Shown: piece by piece, positions 61,647-64,000 of the stretch
Position numbering within the stretch: the first letter of the stretch is position 1
Layout: each line of letters starts with the position of its first letter
Source: Fistulifera solaris
Taxonomy: Eukaryota
Length of the DNA stretch: 64,000 nt
NCBI GenBank assembly: GCA_030295235.1
Contig: AP026169.1
Location: 62,001 to 126,000 of the forward strand
Reading direction: 5' to 3'
The notes under the pieces: generated by a model
Seen by the model: the letters and a program-made list of their open reading frames with translations, nothing else
What the model was told of the DNA's origin: nothing
Database searches by the model: none
Translations under genes and position numbers: made by a program

Positions 61647-64000
61647 ATGGCAGGACCGGGCACGAAACGCCCACGGGGCGAAAGTAGTGCGTTTGCCCGT
61701 CGTCTTCTTTCGGTAGTGGGCTTCGATTCCTTGCTTCGTCAGGATCAGCTTTCCAGGCTATCGGAAAAGTTCCAGTCGCCCGACACAACAATACTGGATT
61801 CGTCTTGGGATCATTCGTTCGAGACACGTCGATCGGCTTCTCGAACAAGAAGACATCAACATCAAAATCAACAACAACAACGCACTACTTTACAAATGGA
61901 TGATAATGTCATTATACCCAAAATTCAGAGACGTCCTATGCGATTCTTTCCGAATACTACGCCGGCATTGAGTAGGCACCAAGGAGAGCATCTGTTGATT
62001 CATGCAACACGGAAAGGTGGCCCGACGATATCCAGCAAAAATGCTTCGAAGAACGATGAATTGAGTGATACTCTGGATCTTGTGCATTTACTTCCACACA
62101 AAAAAGAATCAATCCTGCACCAAATTAATGATGCTCATTCCGATTTTACTGGAGCACCCACCGAAATCATCCACAATAAGAACAATATTTTCCGTGATCT
62201 CATTCAGCCAACGAGTCTCCCTGACGATACCAAAATGGGAGTTTCCGCGCATTCGGCTTCCACAATACCTGCCACGAAAGCCATTTTTCGTCCCCGCTCC
62301 GACGGCGTGCTTTTACCCTCTTGGCAACGAAAGGAACTACTTACGTCATCGAGTTCATCGATACAGAAAAAATGTAGCACCGAGACACCCGATCCCGTCT
62401 TTTGTTCCCATCCCGAATCATCACCATCGACAAAGGGAGGTTCGTTTGGGTCCGATTATGTTTCGACGGTTGCGTATCAGCAGAGTAAGGAGGACGAGTC
62501 GGCTAGTAATCATTCCGTACTGACTGTGAACCGAAATGGGTCCGACGATGCTGTTGTAGTGAATTCCCTTGACAAGACAAAGAGAAATCTGACCGGAGAA
62601 AGTGTTTTGGTGCCTATCAACGGCGCACGGGCAGGCTGGAAATGGCCATCGACTCGAGCGGATGATGACCGTGTTGAAGAGTTACCGAAAAAGGAGATAT
62701 CGAGTGTATCATCATCGTATGACGGTCGGAGTCCATCGCTTATGATTCATAATAAACAGATGTATAATAGTAACAATCTCCAAGCGACAAAAAAGAAGGC
62801 GGCAATAAGGACATGGAATGTGGATCGTGGCAGTGATATTCCGACTACGAACACGCTGTCATCTTTTTGAAGAAAGACTCTTCAGAAATACCCTTAGGGG
62901 TCAAAAGTGTGCGAGCCAAGTTTGAAAATTGGACTAAAGCATTGCAGCATGAGATTGAAAACGACGATGGAGGTAGTGTCAAAAGCTTGAGAGAATTGTT
63001 CGAGAAGGGTATTGGTGCTCAGGAAGAAGACGATGACGACGACGACGATAGTGGAAGTGTTCGAAGTCTCAAAGAGAAATTTGAAAAGCCTCTCGGTCAG
63101 AGAGAAGTCAAAAGCGACGTGAAGAAGTTGGCTGCAATGTTTGAATCGAAACAGAAAAGCCGTGTGAATAAACGATTTGATTGTGAAAACGGTGCCGTCA
63201 AAAGGCGTATTCCAAGTTTGAAGAGCTGCACGCGAAAGCGAAGCGGGCCACGGCCCGGTCTTTCGAGAAAACAATGAAAACGTGCACGGAACAGTCTGTA
63301 GAAAACAACACTGATTTTGAGGATTGCCATCCGAAAGCGGAAATGAACGATCTTGAGGTGGAGATGCGTATTTGCCTCGTGTGTCGGTGGCAGATCGAGT
63401 CAAGGCATTTAGCAATTCAAATAGTGGAAAAGCCGTCATAAGTCGCGTTCCGGTAAACCGATTTGCTGCGACAAATTCATGCAATATAGAGAAGCCGAGA
63501 ACTACGCAGCAGGAACACAATAACCGCACTATTCACGAAAGGTTGGACCGCCAGCCACCGGCGGTGGATGATTCGAAAATTTTACACATATTGACAGATG
63601 TCCAATCCGGAGAGCACACTTTATTGATTCCGAAGGATAGCTTCGGTAAAACAAGTAGTCCGCGATCTCAGGAGCTTCCAGCTACCAGTTTCCCTATGCA
63701 GCAATCAGTAGCTCAATCGCGATCTTTCTGTGCCAATAGGGGCACTGGCGACATTTACTCACAAACCTTGGGCGCTTACACCAGCCCGTTGAAATTGGAA
63801 CCTAGCTTCAATTCTGCAACCTCTCCTTTGAAATCTACAGTTTTGATAACTCAACACGAACGCTCAAAGGCGCCTGTTTCTCAACACATTATTGTAAACG
63901 ACGAAATGAATGGAAACGAGGGTTCCGGTGGTTCTCAATTCGCGGGAAATCCCGCCAAAGAAACACCTACCACCAAATCTGATGCCAAACCTACGAACCG
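61647..64000 (+). CDS. Large low-complexity protein with repeated [SD]V+xL+xxFE motifs, 3'-truncated; apparent frameshifts at ~62865, ~63200, ~63350
   Basis: ORFs 61647..62870 and 62867..63277 abut at a T-run; a further frame is open from ~63360 to the window end. Confidence 0.6.

Noticed and set aside
1..64000. Programmed ribosomal frameshifting or mass pseudogenisation
   Set aside because: Indels go in both directions, share no slippery motif and hit essential genes; sequencing error is the simpler explanation.

Overview
Gene-dense eukaryotic nuclear DNA, most likely from a pennate diatom. This is inferred from short GT-AG introns, signal peptide + 'AF' plastid-targeting presequences, and typical diatom orphan families. 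The window holds about 27 protein-coding genes and one intron-containing tRNA-Met. Many genes, including essential ones, are split by small indels, mostly in homopolymer runs, which are almost certainly sequencing/assembly errors. The standout is a ~16 kb cluster (3.4-19.5 kb) of five consecutive predicted Golgi type II membrane glycan-modifying enzymes: an O-fucosyltransferase-family glycosyltransferase; a ~1,860-aa protein with five tandem Stf0-like sulfotransferase domains; a TBL/PC-esterase-type O-acetyltransferase; a two-domain sulfotransferase with one degenerate domain; and a single-domain sulfotransferase. Together they are a candidate biosynthetic cluster for a fucosylated, sulfated, O-acetylated glycan. 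Other points of interest are a plasmepsin-V-like aspartic protease next to an RxL-propeptide secreted protein, a LUC7 lacking most zinc ligands, an HMG-box-ISWI fusion, and a protein with tandem F-tractin-like motifs. All family calls come from motif recognition by eye; no searches were run.
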